From positions 1 to 52,388 of the forward strand of contig JBEICN010000003.1 in NCBI GenBank assembly GCA_040383945.1: a DNA stretch of 52,388 nt, read 5' to 3'. Shown piece by piece: positions 23,749 through 34,868 of the stretch. The notes beneath the pieces are model-generated. The model did no database searches. It saw nothing but the letters and a program-made list of their open reading frames with translations, and had not been told where the DNA came from. This DNA comes from Candidatus Peribacteria bacterium. Its GTDB lineage: Bacteria; Patescibacteriota; Gracilibacteria; BD1-5; UBA2023. Numbering within the stretch: the first letter of the stretch is position 1; each line of letters opens with the position of its first letter. A program made the position numbers and the translations under genes.

Positions 23749-24918
23749 TTACTCGCTCGCTGGAGCTTCGCTCGCTACTTCCTTCTTTTCTTTTTTCGGA
23801 GCTCGCTTTGGTTTTGATTCAGCGGCTTCGATAGCTTCTGGGCTTGGTCCAGTATAGTTTGGATCCAAGGCTTTCATCGAGAGTCCAATACGCTTTGCTT
23901 GTGCATCAAAGGTAATAATCTTTGCCTTGCAAGGCTCTCCTGCCTTGATGTCGTTCACATCACCAGCAACTTCAGAAAGGTGAATAAGACCAGAAATTCC
24001 TCCGTCAAGCGCTAGGAATACTCCAAATTGCGATACTCGGAGCACAGGAACTTCAACAATATCATCCACTTTGTATTTTGCGGCGAGTTCAGCCCAAGGG
24101 TTTGCTCGGAGTCGCTTCATAGAAAGACTGATTTTATCTCCCTCTACTCCGATAACTTGAACTTTTACCTGATCCCCAATCTTGGCAAATTTACTTGGGT
24201 TGGCAACATGTCCCCAGTCAATTTCTGACACATGAACGAGTCCTTCGATACCGTTGAAGGTAATGAAAAGTCCGTAAGTCAGAATACCAGAAACGACTCC
24301 CTCTACAATATCTCCCGATTTAAGGGTAGACATAGCTGCGGCTCGTTGTTCTTCGAGAGCTGCCTTTTCGGAGAAGATAATTTTCTTTCCGTCATTGTCG
24401 ACATTGATGACACGAACTTTGAACGGCTTTCCGACGAGTCGTTGGAGGTGTTCGAGAATTCGTTCTGGATTGGCTCCTTCCACGCGTGGATAGTTCATCG
24501 GAGTAAGTTGAGAAACGGGGATGAATCCCTTGATTCCGTCGAGATCAATCAAAAGCCCTCCCTTGTTGGCTTCGTTTGGTATAACGGTAATAATCTCCTT
24601 GGTGTCAAAATTTGAGTGGAGTTTTTCAATCAACTTTATTTGAGATGCTTTTCGAAGTGAGAGGTGGATAATACCAGAGTGTCGATCTTCACCGATCACA
24701 ATGGAATCAACCAAATCACCAGAAGCAAGCCCAGACGCATCTTCAGTAGATGAAGTCATATGAGCTCCAGCGATTACGCCGGTGAATTGCCCTCCGAGAT
24801 CGACCAGGATCATTTTTTGGTTTGCAGAGATGACGGTACCCGCGATGATTTCCCCTACTACGGGAGTTTTAATCGGGGTCGCTTTGGCAATCAAATCTTT
24901 GAAATCTTGAGTTGTCAT
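23749..24918 (-). CDS. rpsA: 30S ribosomal protein S1 (tandem S1 domains)
   Basis: NKGGLL...GFIPVSQL, GLVHVSEIDW, GLIHLSE, RIGLSMKAL; start ATG 24918 (track start overlaps the tRNA). Confidence 0.9.
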   Translation of the reverse strand: MTTQDFKDLIAKATPIKTPVVGEIIAGTVISANQKMILVDLGGQFTGVIAGAHMTSSTEDASGLASGDLVDSIVIGEDRHSGIIHLSLRKASQIKLIEKLHSNFDTKEIITVIPNEANKGGLLIDLDGIKGFIPVSQLTPMNYPRVEGANPERILEHLQRLVGKPFKVRVINVDNDGKKIIFSEKAALEEQRAAAMSTLKSGDIVEGVVSGILTYGLFITFNGIEGLVHVSEIDWGHVANPSKFAKIGDQVKVQVIGVEGDKISLSMKRLRANPWAELAAKYKVDDIVEVPVLRVSQFGVFLALDGGISGLIHLSEVAGDVNDIKAGEPCKAKIITFDAQAKRIGLSMKALDPNYTGPSPEAIEAAESKPKRAPKKEKKEVASEAPASE

Positions 24919-24950
24919 AAGAAAGTAACGAAATAAAAATAAAAAATACT

Positions 24951-25028
24951 TGGGGCGATCGACGAGGCTTGAACTCGCAACATCCAGATTCACAGTCTGG
25001 CGCTCTAACCAATTGAACTACGACCGCC
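24951..25028 (-). tRNA. tRNA-His(GTG)
   Basis: G-1, acceptor GCGGTCG/CGATCGC, C73, CCA; anticodon arm CCAGA-CTGTGAA-TCTGG. Confidence 0.95.
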
Positions 25029-25104
25029 ATGTTGGCGTAGTTTGAAAAATATTCCAAATTGCCCGTGAAGTATATGCACCAAGCCAAAAATGGCAAAAAA
25101 AAGT

Positions 25105-25232
25105 GAGGAAAACCCAGGGAAAACGCGAACTCCTCGTCAATTTCCGTGCTCCTCACTCGACGTACTTGCCAGTACGTTTCGCTACAGTGCTCAAAATTGA
25201 CTTCGGATTTCATTGTTTCCCTAGGTTTTCTT
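25105..25232. repeat. Long imperfect palindrome (REP/MITE-like)
   Basis: Nested arms ggaaaacccagggaaa/tttccctaggttttct, gtcaattt/aaattgac, acgtac/gtacgt. Confidence 0.6.
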
Positions 25233-25379
25233 GGTAGGAATATCAATAGGGGGTTCGTGATATTTCGCGAATTGATACCGATATCCGGAAAGCGTTTTCT
25301 TGGTGAAAAATGGATGTAGTGTCAAAGAAAAAGTTGATACGAATTTCGCATTTTGGAGGGCTTTCCATACAATGAAAGC

Positions 25380-27338
25380 ATGCAACTTACCAAGGAACTT
25401 CTCCATACTACCGATGCGCACATCAAAAAACTTAGGGCAGCTGGTATAGAGACCACGCTCGATTTTTTGTGACATTTTCCGAGAAAGTTGGAGAATCGAT
25501 CTCAGGTACTGGAACATTTCAGTTATGTGAGCCTAAAAGATAAAAATACCATCAAGCTCACAATTGAATCCATAATTTCTGAACGCACTCGAAGTGGAAA
25601 ACTACTCTCCAAAGTCATACTTCGAGACAAACAAGGATCTATGGCCGAAGCCGTATATTTTACCAAGCCGTATTTTCTCGCCAAATTCAAGTCCGGTGAC
25701 ACCGTGATGTTATATGGAAAGGCGAAGTATGAGTATGGAAAACTTTCTTTCCTCACCCCCGAACTCGAGTTGTACCAAGAGGATCGCTGTGAATTCGTTC
25801 CAGTGTACTCTGATTGTAATTATATACCGGGTACTTGGTTTGCTGAAAAAATGGAGCATCTTCGGCCATTCCTTTCTCAAATTACCGATGTGCTTCCATG
25901 AGAAATTCGCAAGAAAAAAGGATTCCGATCTCGACAAGAAAATGTTACCGCTCTGCACTTTCCCAAAACAGAAGCGGATTTTGTGCGATCAAGATCCGAG
26001 CTCGCCTATGAAGAACTTTTTATGATTCAGTACCGCTGACTCGAGCGTAAAAAAGCCGAACGCGCTCGAACAGAAGGTATGGCACCAAAAATTATGCTAA
26101 ATGCCGAACGGATGAAGGGGCTCATTTCCAATTTGCCCTATGAACTGACCGGGAAGCAGAAAATCGTGCTATTTCAGATCCTGCGAGATATGGAGCACGC
26201 TCATTCCATGGCGAGACTACTCCAATGAGACGTAGGAACCGGCAAAACCATCGTCGCCTTTTTGGCAGCTATTCATGCGATATTGGAGTCAGGTATCCAG
26301 GTCGCGATTATGGCACCGACAGAAATTCTTGCTCGTCAACATTTCGACGGATGGAACGAGCAATTTGGACAACTCGGTATTTCTTCCGATCTGCTCGTAG
26401 GTTCGCTGACCGCCAAACAGAAAAAAATGGCCAAAGAGCGGCTGAAATCTTGACTCACAAATTTAATTATCGGTACCCATGCTCTCGTAGAGGAGGATGT
26501 GCATTTTGCAAATCTTGGATTTGTTATTGTCGACGAACAGCATCGTTTTTGAGTAAATCAGCGGCGCACTCTAGAGGCCTACTACAGTCTTTCGGGGAAA
26601 ATGTTCCCGCATGTGCTGAATATGACCGCGACTCCCATTCCGAGAACTTTGGCATTAACTCTCTATGGCGATCAGGATCTCTCTATTCTCAATGAGTATC
26701 CGGCCTCCCGAAAGCCAATTCATACCTCAGTAGTTCGAGAGGATCAACGGGATCAGATATACCGGATGATCGACCATGAAATTTCTCTGGGTCGGCAGGT
26801 ATTCTGGATTTCGCCGCTCGTCGAGGAGTCGGAAACTCTTGATATCGCAAATGCCGTGAACACTGCTGAAACTTTGCGTATGATTTTTGCTCAAAAAACC
26901 GTATGACTCGTCCACGGTCGTCTCAAAGCCCGGGAAAAAGACGAGGTAATGCAGCAATTTTTTGAAGGCGAGCTCGATATACTGTCTTCGACCTCCGTAG
27001 TGGAAGTCGGAGTCAACAACCCCAACGCCACGGTTATTTGTATTGAAGCAGCTGAGCGGTTTGGTCTTTCCCAACTTCATCAGTTTCGCGGACGCGTTGG
27101 TCGTGGCATTCATCAATCATACTGCTATCTTTTTACGAGCAAAAACTATGTGGGAGAACGGCTCAAAGCCATGGAGCGATCGAGCGATGGGTTTGAGCTT
27201 TCAGAAATTGATCTTGAACTCCGTTGACCGGGTGAGGTCTATGGCGTACGCCAAAGTGGACTCCCTGAGTTCAAAATTGCAGACATCAAAGATCTGGAGC
27301 TCGTTGCAGAAATCCGAGAAGATATCGAAAATTTGTAA
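25380..27338 (+). CDS. recG: ATP-dependent DNA helicase RecG
   Basis: RLLQG(TGA)[26 protein letters not shown](TGA)[36 protein letters not shown](TGA)PGE. Confidence 0.96.
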
Positions 27339-27454
27339 TTTTTTCAAGAATGTGTTTTTATATTAAAACATATACCTCTTATTTGTCATTTGTTTTTACT
27401 GGATATTTGACGAGTAGGCCTATACTTTATTTTATATTTTTTAATTTCATTTGT

Positions 27455-28090
27455 ATGAAATTTACACAGAATACCAAAGGTTTCACGCTCATCGAGCTAC
27501 TTGTAGTAATCACGATTATTGGGATTCTTGCCGTAGGAGGAACAGCTACCTACACATCTCAGATCCAAAAAGCACGAGACAGTACGCGAATGACGGATCT
27601 GAACGCACTACGATCCTGAATAGAGCAGTTTTATCAGGATTTTGCAGAATATCCGGCAGCTGCATCATGAGCCATACTTGATACTGTTACATGAGTTGCC
27701 GCGTATGTGCCCAAAATTCCAAAAGATGTAAAATCAGGTCAGCTTTGTAGCAACGGAAACACTGGAGTACCTACAGGGTGTGATTATATGTATAACTCAG
27801 CAGATGATTCCAATGGTATTAGACTTGGTATCTATCGTGTGACTTCCGCATTTGAAAATAAGAGTAACGCTGTTACTAAGGCAAACAATGATGCAGGACT
27901 TTACAATGCTTGATCAGGAAGTCAGTCTAGGCTAGAATTCGGTCTTTCTCTTACTTCTACAACTACCCCAACGGTATGCCTAAGAACAGCAACTACTTCA
28001 ACTACTGCATCTGCTGTTACCACTTCACTAGCATCTGTTGCAGCAAATGCTTGTACAAGTCCAGATGGCTTAGTGATTGCTGGTAATTAA
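27455..28090 (+). CDS. Type IV pilin-like protein
   Basis: KG/FTLIELLVVITIIGIL prepilin motif, KARDSTR, Cys pairs; followed by a terminator. Confidence 0.92.
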
Positions 28091-28108
28091 CTAATTCCTA
28101 AGATACGT

Positions 28109-28133
28109 AAACCCGGTTTCCCCGGGTTTTTTT
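28109..28133 (+). terminator. Intrinsic terminator after the pilin gene
   Basis: aaacccgg-tttcc-ccgggttttttt. Confidence 0.8.
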
Positions 28134-28189
28134 CTTGCCATTTCTTCGTCTCGGAGTAGCCTAGTGATGACCATTTCAAATATTGCTCC

Positions 28190-28771
28190 ATGCTTTCTTA
28201 TATCCGAGGTTCGATTGTTCATATATTTGATTCCAAGCTGACTATCACTCCCGAGGGAATCGGACTTGGATATGAAGTTCTTTGTCCAGGGACCGTGCTC
28301 AGCACCGTAGTTCTTGGCGAGTCCGTAGAACTGTTCTTACATCATCATATTACCGATGTTTCTCAAGTTCTCTTTGGCTTTGGAAGCTCAGAAGAACGAC
28401 TTTTTTTTCGAAAACTTCTCAAAGTGGACGGGGTAGGGGGAAAAACTGCTCTTTCTCTCTTGAATCTCGGGATGCGAAATTTGGTACTCGCCATTGAAAA
28501 GGGCGATGAAAAAGTCCTCGCCGGAGCCAATGGGGTCGGCAAGAAAACGGCCCTCAAAATCATCGTCGAACTCAAGAAGGAACTTTCAGGAGAGATGCTC
28601 TTCGCAGACGAAAAACAAGTAGAGCTCGCCCCGTCGCACCACCTCCAAATCATTGACACGCTCGTTGGCATGGGGTACGATAAGTCGATGGTTCAAAAGG
28701 TAGTTTCTCAAATGCCCGAAGTTCAGAAAACTCTACAAGAACAGATAGTTTGGGCGATCAAACAACTGTAA
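28190..28771 (+). CDS. ruvA: Holliday junction branch migration protein RuvA
   Basis: MLSYIRG, GLGYEV, LFGF, LLKVDGVGGKTAL, GVGKKTALKIIVELK. Confidence 0.95.
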   Translation: MLSYIRGSIVHIFDSKLTITPEGIGLGYEVLCPGTVLSTVVLGESVELFLHHHITDVSQVLFGFGSSEERLFFRKLLKVDGVGGKTALSLLNLGMRNLVLAIEKGDEKVLAGANGVGKKTALKIIVELKKELSGEMLFADEKQVELAPSHHLQIIDTLVGMGYDKSMVQKVVSQMPEVQKTLQEQIVWAIKQL

Positions 28772-28801
28772 TTGTCTCACGCATTCTCAGCGAAATCAAT
28801 C

Positions 28802-29917
28802 ATGAAAAACATCCTCATTTATACGGCGACCGGGGAATACAATCTAGGTGACGAATGCATTCTGGCAACCGAAGTAGCCTATTTGCGAAAACGCTTCCCA
28901 TTGGCCTCGATCCGTATCGTGACCTATAATCCCTTGAGTTCTTTGGTACCGGAAAGTCCTGATATTTCCACGATTTCCTATTTTCCCAACCGAATCCGAA
29001 AACATCCGTTCAGAAACTTTATAGCATTTTTTCAAAATATCGTTTCCATTTTTCAAGCAGATCTCATCGTGGTGGGAGGGGGTGGAATCTTTTATGATAC
29101 AGAATTTGGGCAGTCTTTTGATACCTTACGCAGAACTTGGGGGCTTCGTTTTTTTTGGATGCAGTTATTTAAGAAACCGGTAGTTTTTTGGTCTGTCGGG
29201 ATAGATCTATCGGAAGAACATCTGCGAGAAGTGAGTTGGTGGTTTACCTATAAAAAGGCTAAAATAAGCGTTCGCGATCCGTACTCACGCAAGCTTCTTG
29301 ACCATATCGGAGTTTCGACGGAATTGATTATGGATCCAGTGTTTCTATGGGAACCCAAGAGGCGTAAGTCTCCTCAGAATTCTCGGGTTGAAATCTCCAA
29401 AAAACGCATAGGGATAGCTCTACGTTCTTGATACCTACAAGATGAGGCAGAAAATATTGAGCGAATAGTTCGATATTTGCAAGCGCACGGATTTGAGGTG
29501 ATTTTTCTTTCTCACTCTTTTCACCCCACAAATATTCTCAGTCATGATCAGGAAATATTTCAGTCAAGTGCGGAGCGATTTCATGTGGCTATTACCAAAA
29601 CCATGCGCGAAACCCTTGATCTGTATCCCACTTTGGACTTTGTGATTGGCATGAGACTGCACGCAAATATACTTTCAGTGGTCCATGGAATTCCATTTTA
29701 CTCGATTTCCTACGGCAATAAGACCCGAGCCATGCTTCAGGAATTGGAACTCTCTTTTATACAAGATGCAAAAAGCTTTCTGTTCACTACCTTCCGAACA
29801 CAGTTTTGGCAACTTATAGAGGCAGAGGAGGATGCAGAGTTTGCCATCAACGCAAAATATGATACAATACGAACAGAAATAACCAATTCTCTCGAATTAC
29901 TTTTTTATGGATATTAA
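28802..29917 (+). CDS. Polysaccharide pyruvyl transferase (CsaB family)
   Basis: YNLGDECIL, VGGGGIFYD, SVRDPYS, DPVF, IGMRLHANI, ISYGNK. Confidence 0.88.
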
Positions 29918-30473
29918 ATCTCTCAGCGCCAAGCTCTCTGTTTTTGGCGAAAAGGCCTCAGTCGTCAGTAACTCTTTATTTGAAAAAGCGGGGAAGTTCA
30001 CGGGTGATATGCTCGAAAAAACTGCTGAATTCACCTTTGATAAACTCAAGACTTCTCCGTATTGCATTACGAGTGGTGAAGCTTTTGACCAGGTAAAAGA
30101 ACACAAGAATCTTGTTATTTTTGTCATAGGAGATCGGGATAATGCTCAGAGTAAGGCCATCGTTGGTCGTATGCCATTGCAGATTGCCAAGGCCTGGCAA
30201 TATTCTGCGACACTCAGAGTTATCTACGCTCAAGATTTCCCTGATCTGGTTGCTGCCATTAGCGCACAAGCGCCTTCCGCATCTATTTATAGAAATGGAG
30301 TGCTTAAACACCAGTTAGTCGGCAAAAAGCTGGATATGTTCTTGGAAAATTTTGATATTTTTTGTGATTGGGATGAGGTAAAGGAAGCTCCTGTGACACC
30401 AGCTTCTGCGCCCATTCAAGAAACTCCTGCAATAACTACAGAACCAGAGAAAACTTCCACAAAAAATCCGTAG
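29907..30473 (+). CDS. Hypothetical protein
   Basis: 188-aa ORF overlapping the upstream stop. Confidence 0.75.
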   Translation: MDIKSLSAKLSVFGEKASVVSNSLFEKAGKFTGDMLEKTAEFTFDKLKTSPYCITSGEAFDQVKEHKNLVIFVIGDRDNAQSKAIVGRMPLQIAKAWQYSATLRVIYAQDFPDLVAAISAQAPSASIYRNGVLKHQLVGKKLDMFLENFDIFCDWDEVKEAPVTPASAPIQETPAITTEPEKTSTKNP

Positions 30474-30512
30474 GTATCACTCGCTATTCCCCTCTTTCAT
30501 AACTTTTATATT

Positions 30513-30770
30513 ATGATATTCCCCACTGCATTTAATGACATTCTTCTCGCAATTCTGCTGGTTGTCTATATCGTTGCTGGAGTATACACTATTCTCATTC
30601 TTATACGATTGCTTTCGCTCATGAATCGTGTCAACAAAATGGTTTCTTATGCTGATCGTGTTGGTGTAGTACTACAAAGTTTTGAAGCGATTCCATCGGC
30701 AATTGTTTCTATTATTCGACAGGTAGCGCTTGGATTTTTGGAAAAAGGCAGCAAAAGTAAAAAAAATTAA
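30513..30770 (+). CDS. Small membrane protein
   Basis: One long hydrophobic N-terminal segment and a basic C-terminus. Confidence 0.7.
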   Translation: MIFPTAFNDILLAILLVVYIVAGVYTILILIRLLSLMNRVNKMVSYADRVGVVLQSFEAIPSAIVSIIRQVALGFLEKGSKSKKN

Positions 30771-30783
30771 AACATACTTGACT

Positions 30784-30819
30784 ATAAAAATCGAGATCAT
30801 AGAGCATCTCGATTTTTAT
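30784..30819. terminator. Bidirectional terminator
   Basis: ataaaaatcgagat...atctcgatttttat. Confidence 0.75.
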
Positions 30820-30874
30820 GAATTTCAATTACGGAGGAGATTACTTTTGCATGCAAAATTTAGGGTCTAAGTTT

Positions 30875-31783
30875 TTATATTTTTCCTTTTAGGAGGTCTT
30901 CATGAATAGTATTCGCGGCCAAGCAACCTTCCGCAGCACTCATGATAGTTTGCTTAAACTTGTTGGAATTGGTAGTAACATCTCATGCTGCGTAGATTCC
31001 CTGCACACTCGTTGCTTGTCGTTTGTCTACCACGATGCAACCGGTTGCATCTTTTTCTACTTGAAAAGGATCTACCAATGCTGTGTCAGGATCTGAACCG
31101 ATAGCGATAAAAATTCCATTCATAGCGAGTGTGGTCTCGTCATCAAACCGAACTCCTTCTACATTCCATTTTCCTTGTATTTCGGCCACTCTTTTATTAT
31201 AGTGAACGGTGATATTTTCTCGTTTTTCTAACTGTTCTATCCACACGGTTTCCGCACGCAATGAAGTCCCTCGCACCAGCACATGAACATGGGATGCTAT
31301 TTCTGAAAGATACAAAGCTTCCGTAATAGCGGCGTCTCCTCCTCCTACCATCCCCACTACTTTGTTTTTGAAAAAATTTCCATCACAAGTAGCGCAGTAT
31401 GATACTCATGACCCGATAAGTTCCAATTCTCCAGGCACTCCGAGATGTCGATATTTATTTCCAGTTCCAAGCAGTATGGTCTTTGATTGAAATGACTTAC
31501 CCGAGAGCGTGGTAACCGTAAAATTTCCAACACTTCCAGTGATGCTTCCCACCCGTTCTAGGAGTAATTCCGATCCAAAATGTTTGGCGTGCTCCGCAAA
31601 AGTATCCATGATAGCTTTACCTGTTGAGGAAAGCACTCATGGCCAATTCTCTACTTGGTGACTCGTGGCTAGGGCTCAGCCAGGAAGCTCGCCAATAATA
31701 AGATTTTTAAGTTTGTATCTTGACGCGTACATTCCAGCTGGTAAACCCGCAGATCCGGCTCCAATAATAATTAAATCGTACAT
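30875..31783 (-). CDS. trxB: Thioredoxin reductase
   Basis: MYDLIIIGAGSAG, VENWPG, GVSYCATCDG, VGGGDAA, GIYAAG(TGA)DVT. Confidence 0.92.
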
Positions 31784-31951
31784 TTGTTTTGAGTAAGTAG
31801 TAAAATAACCAAGTATTATATATTTTTCGTAACGGAAATAAAAAGTTTTTTTAGGGTTTTATCATATACTCTACTAGGTAGATTTTTTCTACAAAGATTT
31901 GAATCTCTTGAAAAGTATGCTCAAATAGATTCAAAATTAACTTGTTTTCCT

Positions 31952-32221
31952 ATGAGAAAAAGTCCACAAAAAATTGATAACTTTGCTAGATTTCTCGCAG
32001 AAAATACCGAAGAGTCCAGAGGAATAGAGAAAATTATGAATGTTATAGATCAAATCCCGGATCCAGTTCTGCGTGAAAGGATGTATCATCGCATGAATGT
32101 GGAGCTCGGGGTAATACTTCTTCGAAAAGTAGAAATTCAAGATGAGCTCCGTAGAGTATTTCACGCGGAATTTATGAAAGAAGGATGCCTAAAGATGGAG
32201 AAATTTCTGCAACCAGAGTAG
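31952..32221 (+). CDS. Hypothetical protein
   Basis: 89-aa ORF filling the intergenic gap. Confidence 0.5.
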   Translation: MRKSPQKIDNFARFLAENTEESRGIEKIMNVIDQIPDPVLRERMYHRMNVELGVILLRKVEIQDELRRVFHAEFMKEGCLKMEKFLQPE

Positions 32222-32240
32222 GGATTCTACCTGCTTGCGA

Positions 32241-34022
32241 CTACAGCTGTTTTTCTCTAATTTCAGCTTGTGCCATTTGGATAAACTCATCCACAGTGAG
32301 GGAGATCTGCTCTTTGGTTTTGTAGTTTCTTATGGCAAGCGTTTTTTTATTTTGTTCCTGTTCCCCGACGACCAGAATGTAGTTTACATGATCCGTTTCT
32401 GCATTTCTGACTTTTTTGTTGAGTCCATCAGTTGAGTCATCCAAGCAAACACGCAGTCACTCTTTCTTGAGCATGGCAAAGACTTCATCCGCATAAGGAA
32501 TGAAGGATTCTCCAACGGGTATAATACGAATTTGTTCAGGTGAAAGCCAGAGTGGAAAGGTTCCAGCAAAGTGCTCGATCATAATTCCCATAAATCTCTC
32601 CAGACTTCCAGAAATCGCACGATGTATTACGACAGGACGCTCTTCTTCTCATTTTTCGTTGGTAAAAGAAAGTTCGAATCGATTTGGTAAATTGAAATCG
32701 CACTGAATAGTGGCAAGTTGCCATTCACGACCAATAGCATCTTTGAACATAAAATCAAGCTTTGGTCCATAAAATGCAGCCTCTCCTTCGATTCGGCGAT
32801 AATTCAACTCATTTGCTCTCGCTGCTTCTTCCAAGGCTGCTTCTGCAAGTTCCCAAACTTCAGCTCCGCCAAGGTACTTTTCTGGAGTAGTCGAATCTCG
32901 TACCGAGAGTGAAACCCAGTATCCATCGAGCAGTCAAAAGGTCTTATAAAACTCTTTGATGATACCGACAATCGTGGATACCTCCTCTTTGATTTGTGAG
33001 ACTCGGCAAAAGAGATGTCCATCGTCCTGAGTGATAGACCGTACTCGAGTTAACCCAGAAAGTTGTCCGGTTTTTTCATCCCGATATACCGTTGCCGGTT
33101 CAAAATATCGAATCGGCATGTCACGATAGGAGAATTGATTGTCTGCAAATATCTGCATGTGATGCGGACAGTTCATCGGTTTCACATAAAACTTTTCTTT
33201 GCTGGTTCCCCCATATACCGAAAACATGTCTTCAAGATAATGTCATGCGTGTCCACTCGTGACATAGAGGTCTTCTTTGGCAAGGTGTGGCGTGCAAACT
33301 CGAAGGTACCCTTTTTCTTTATGAAGATCCCAAAGGTAGTCTTCTATTCCTTTTCGGAGTATCATTCCATTTGGTTGAATCAGTGGAAGCCCAGAGCCTA
33401 CGAGTTCTGAAATGGTGAAGAGTTTCAGTTTTTTCCCAAGGATACGATGATCTCGTTTTTTGGCCTCTTCCAACATCATGAGATGTGCGTTAAGTTCCTC
33501 TTTGGTATCAAATGCGAGTACATAAATGCGAGTTAACATTTTTTTGTTGGAATCCCCTCGCCAGTATGCTCCCGCGAGCTTATCAACTTTGAAACTATTC
33601 TCATCAATATCCAAAGTCTTGCCCACATGAGGTCCAATACACATATCTGTAAAAATCAGACTACCGTTCTGAGCGTAATTTTCATAAAAGCCAATTTCTG
33701 TCGCCCCTTCGGATGCGAGATCTTCGAGCATTTCGAGCTTGTATGTTTCACCCGCTTCGGTGAGAAACTTTCGAGCCTCAGATACAGATTTTGGTGCAGA
33801 AATAAATTTTTGGTTTTGTTTAATGATGTTTTTCATCTTTTTTTCAATCTCTTTGAGGTGAGATTCGAGCAGGGCAAATTCCCCGAAGTCAAAATCATAG
33901 TACAGACCAGTCTCTATATCGGGTCAGATAGCCATTTGCACCTGTGGGCCATAGAGAGATTTTACCGCTTGAGCGAGTATATGAGCCAGGGAGTGTCGTT
34001 TGGTTGCGAGAGGGAATGACAT
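32241..34022 (-). CDS. thrS: Threonine--tRNA ligase
   Basis: [60 protein letters not shown]. Confidence 0.97.
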
Positions 34023-34053
34023 GAGTAAATAGTTATGATAGTAAGTGTTATTT

Positions 34054-34090
34054 ATCAAAAATCCTCCGAGTTTCTCGGAGGATTTTTGAT
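34054..34090. terminator. Perfect 17-bp inverted repeat upstream of thrS
   Basis: atcaaaaatcctccgag-ttt-ctcggaggatttttgat. Confidence 0.75.
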
Positions 34091-34237
34091 GACAGCTTGA
34101 AATACCTACGAGATTATCAGAGGAGGGTAAGCGTTTCAAGTTGTGCGACCATGGTTGGTTGTTTAAGAACCCAAAGAGCATATACGAAGTTGTCATTGTG
34201 TCAAAAATATCGAATCACACAATAAAAAACACCCGCT

Positions 34238-34669
34238 CTAGAGCGAGTGTTGAGTGATACTTCTTCAAGAAGAGTCTGTATCACGGTTGGAGGAAACTTT
34301 CCTCGAATCAAGACTTATTCAGTCTGATCCGATTCAGATGCCCGCGAGTTGTCGTTCAAAGCCCGTTGAACTGGGAACGAGCGTGATTTTTACGCCCCTT
34401 GGCAGGGCTTTCATTGCCAGTCGGAGAATTCCCCGACAGTGGTCAGGACGCCGGTTGGCTTGGCCCAACATGGCTTCGACCTGCTTGATGCGTGCGGATT
34501 CTGTACGCTGCCGGCGTTGCTCACGAATTGCAACGCACTTCTGCCGAGATCGTTGCGCGACCGCGGCAAGGGCGCTCAGATTCCTCCGAGAGCACTTGAT
34601 GATCCGTGACTCCTTCACGATGGGATTGTCAAGGAGTTTGGCACGTGAGACCGAGATTTTCTTGACCAT
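34238..34669 (-). CDS. Arg-rich orphan protein, GC-richer than its neighbours
   Basis: AGGAG upstream of the ATG; first TGA at 34334-34336, code-25 stop TAG at 34238-34240 inside a terminator hairpin; upstream TTGACA...TAAAAT. Confidence 0.55.
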
Positions 34670-34868
34670 CTTCGCTTCTCCTAAGTGTTTCCCTTTTGGC
34701 CAGTAGGGAATTCTGTCGCTAATCCTTGCGGATAACTACCTGCATTTTCAGCAAGGTACCTGCTATTTTATAAAAAAATTCACTTTGTCAATCTATTAAG
34801 CAACAATATTCAATACTGTCAATTTCAGTTCTTTGTTTCTGAGAAGAAATTCTGTTACTGTAGAGAGG

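Noticed and set aside
34290-34304. GAGGAAAGT on the minus strand as an RNase P RNA motif
   Set aside because: It forms a local palindrome about 60 nt from a terminator, with no room or partner strand for P4
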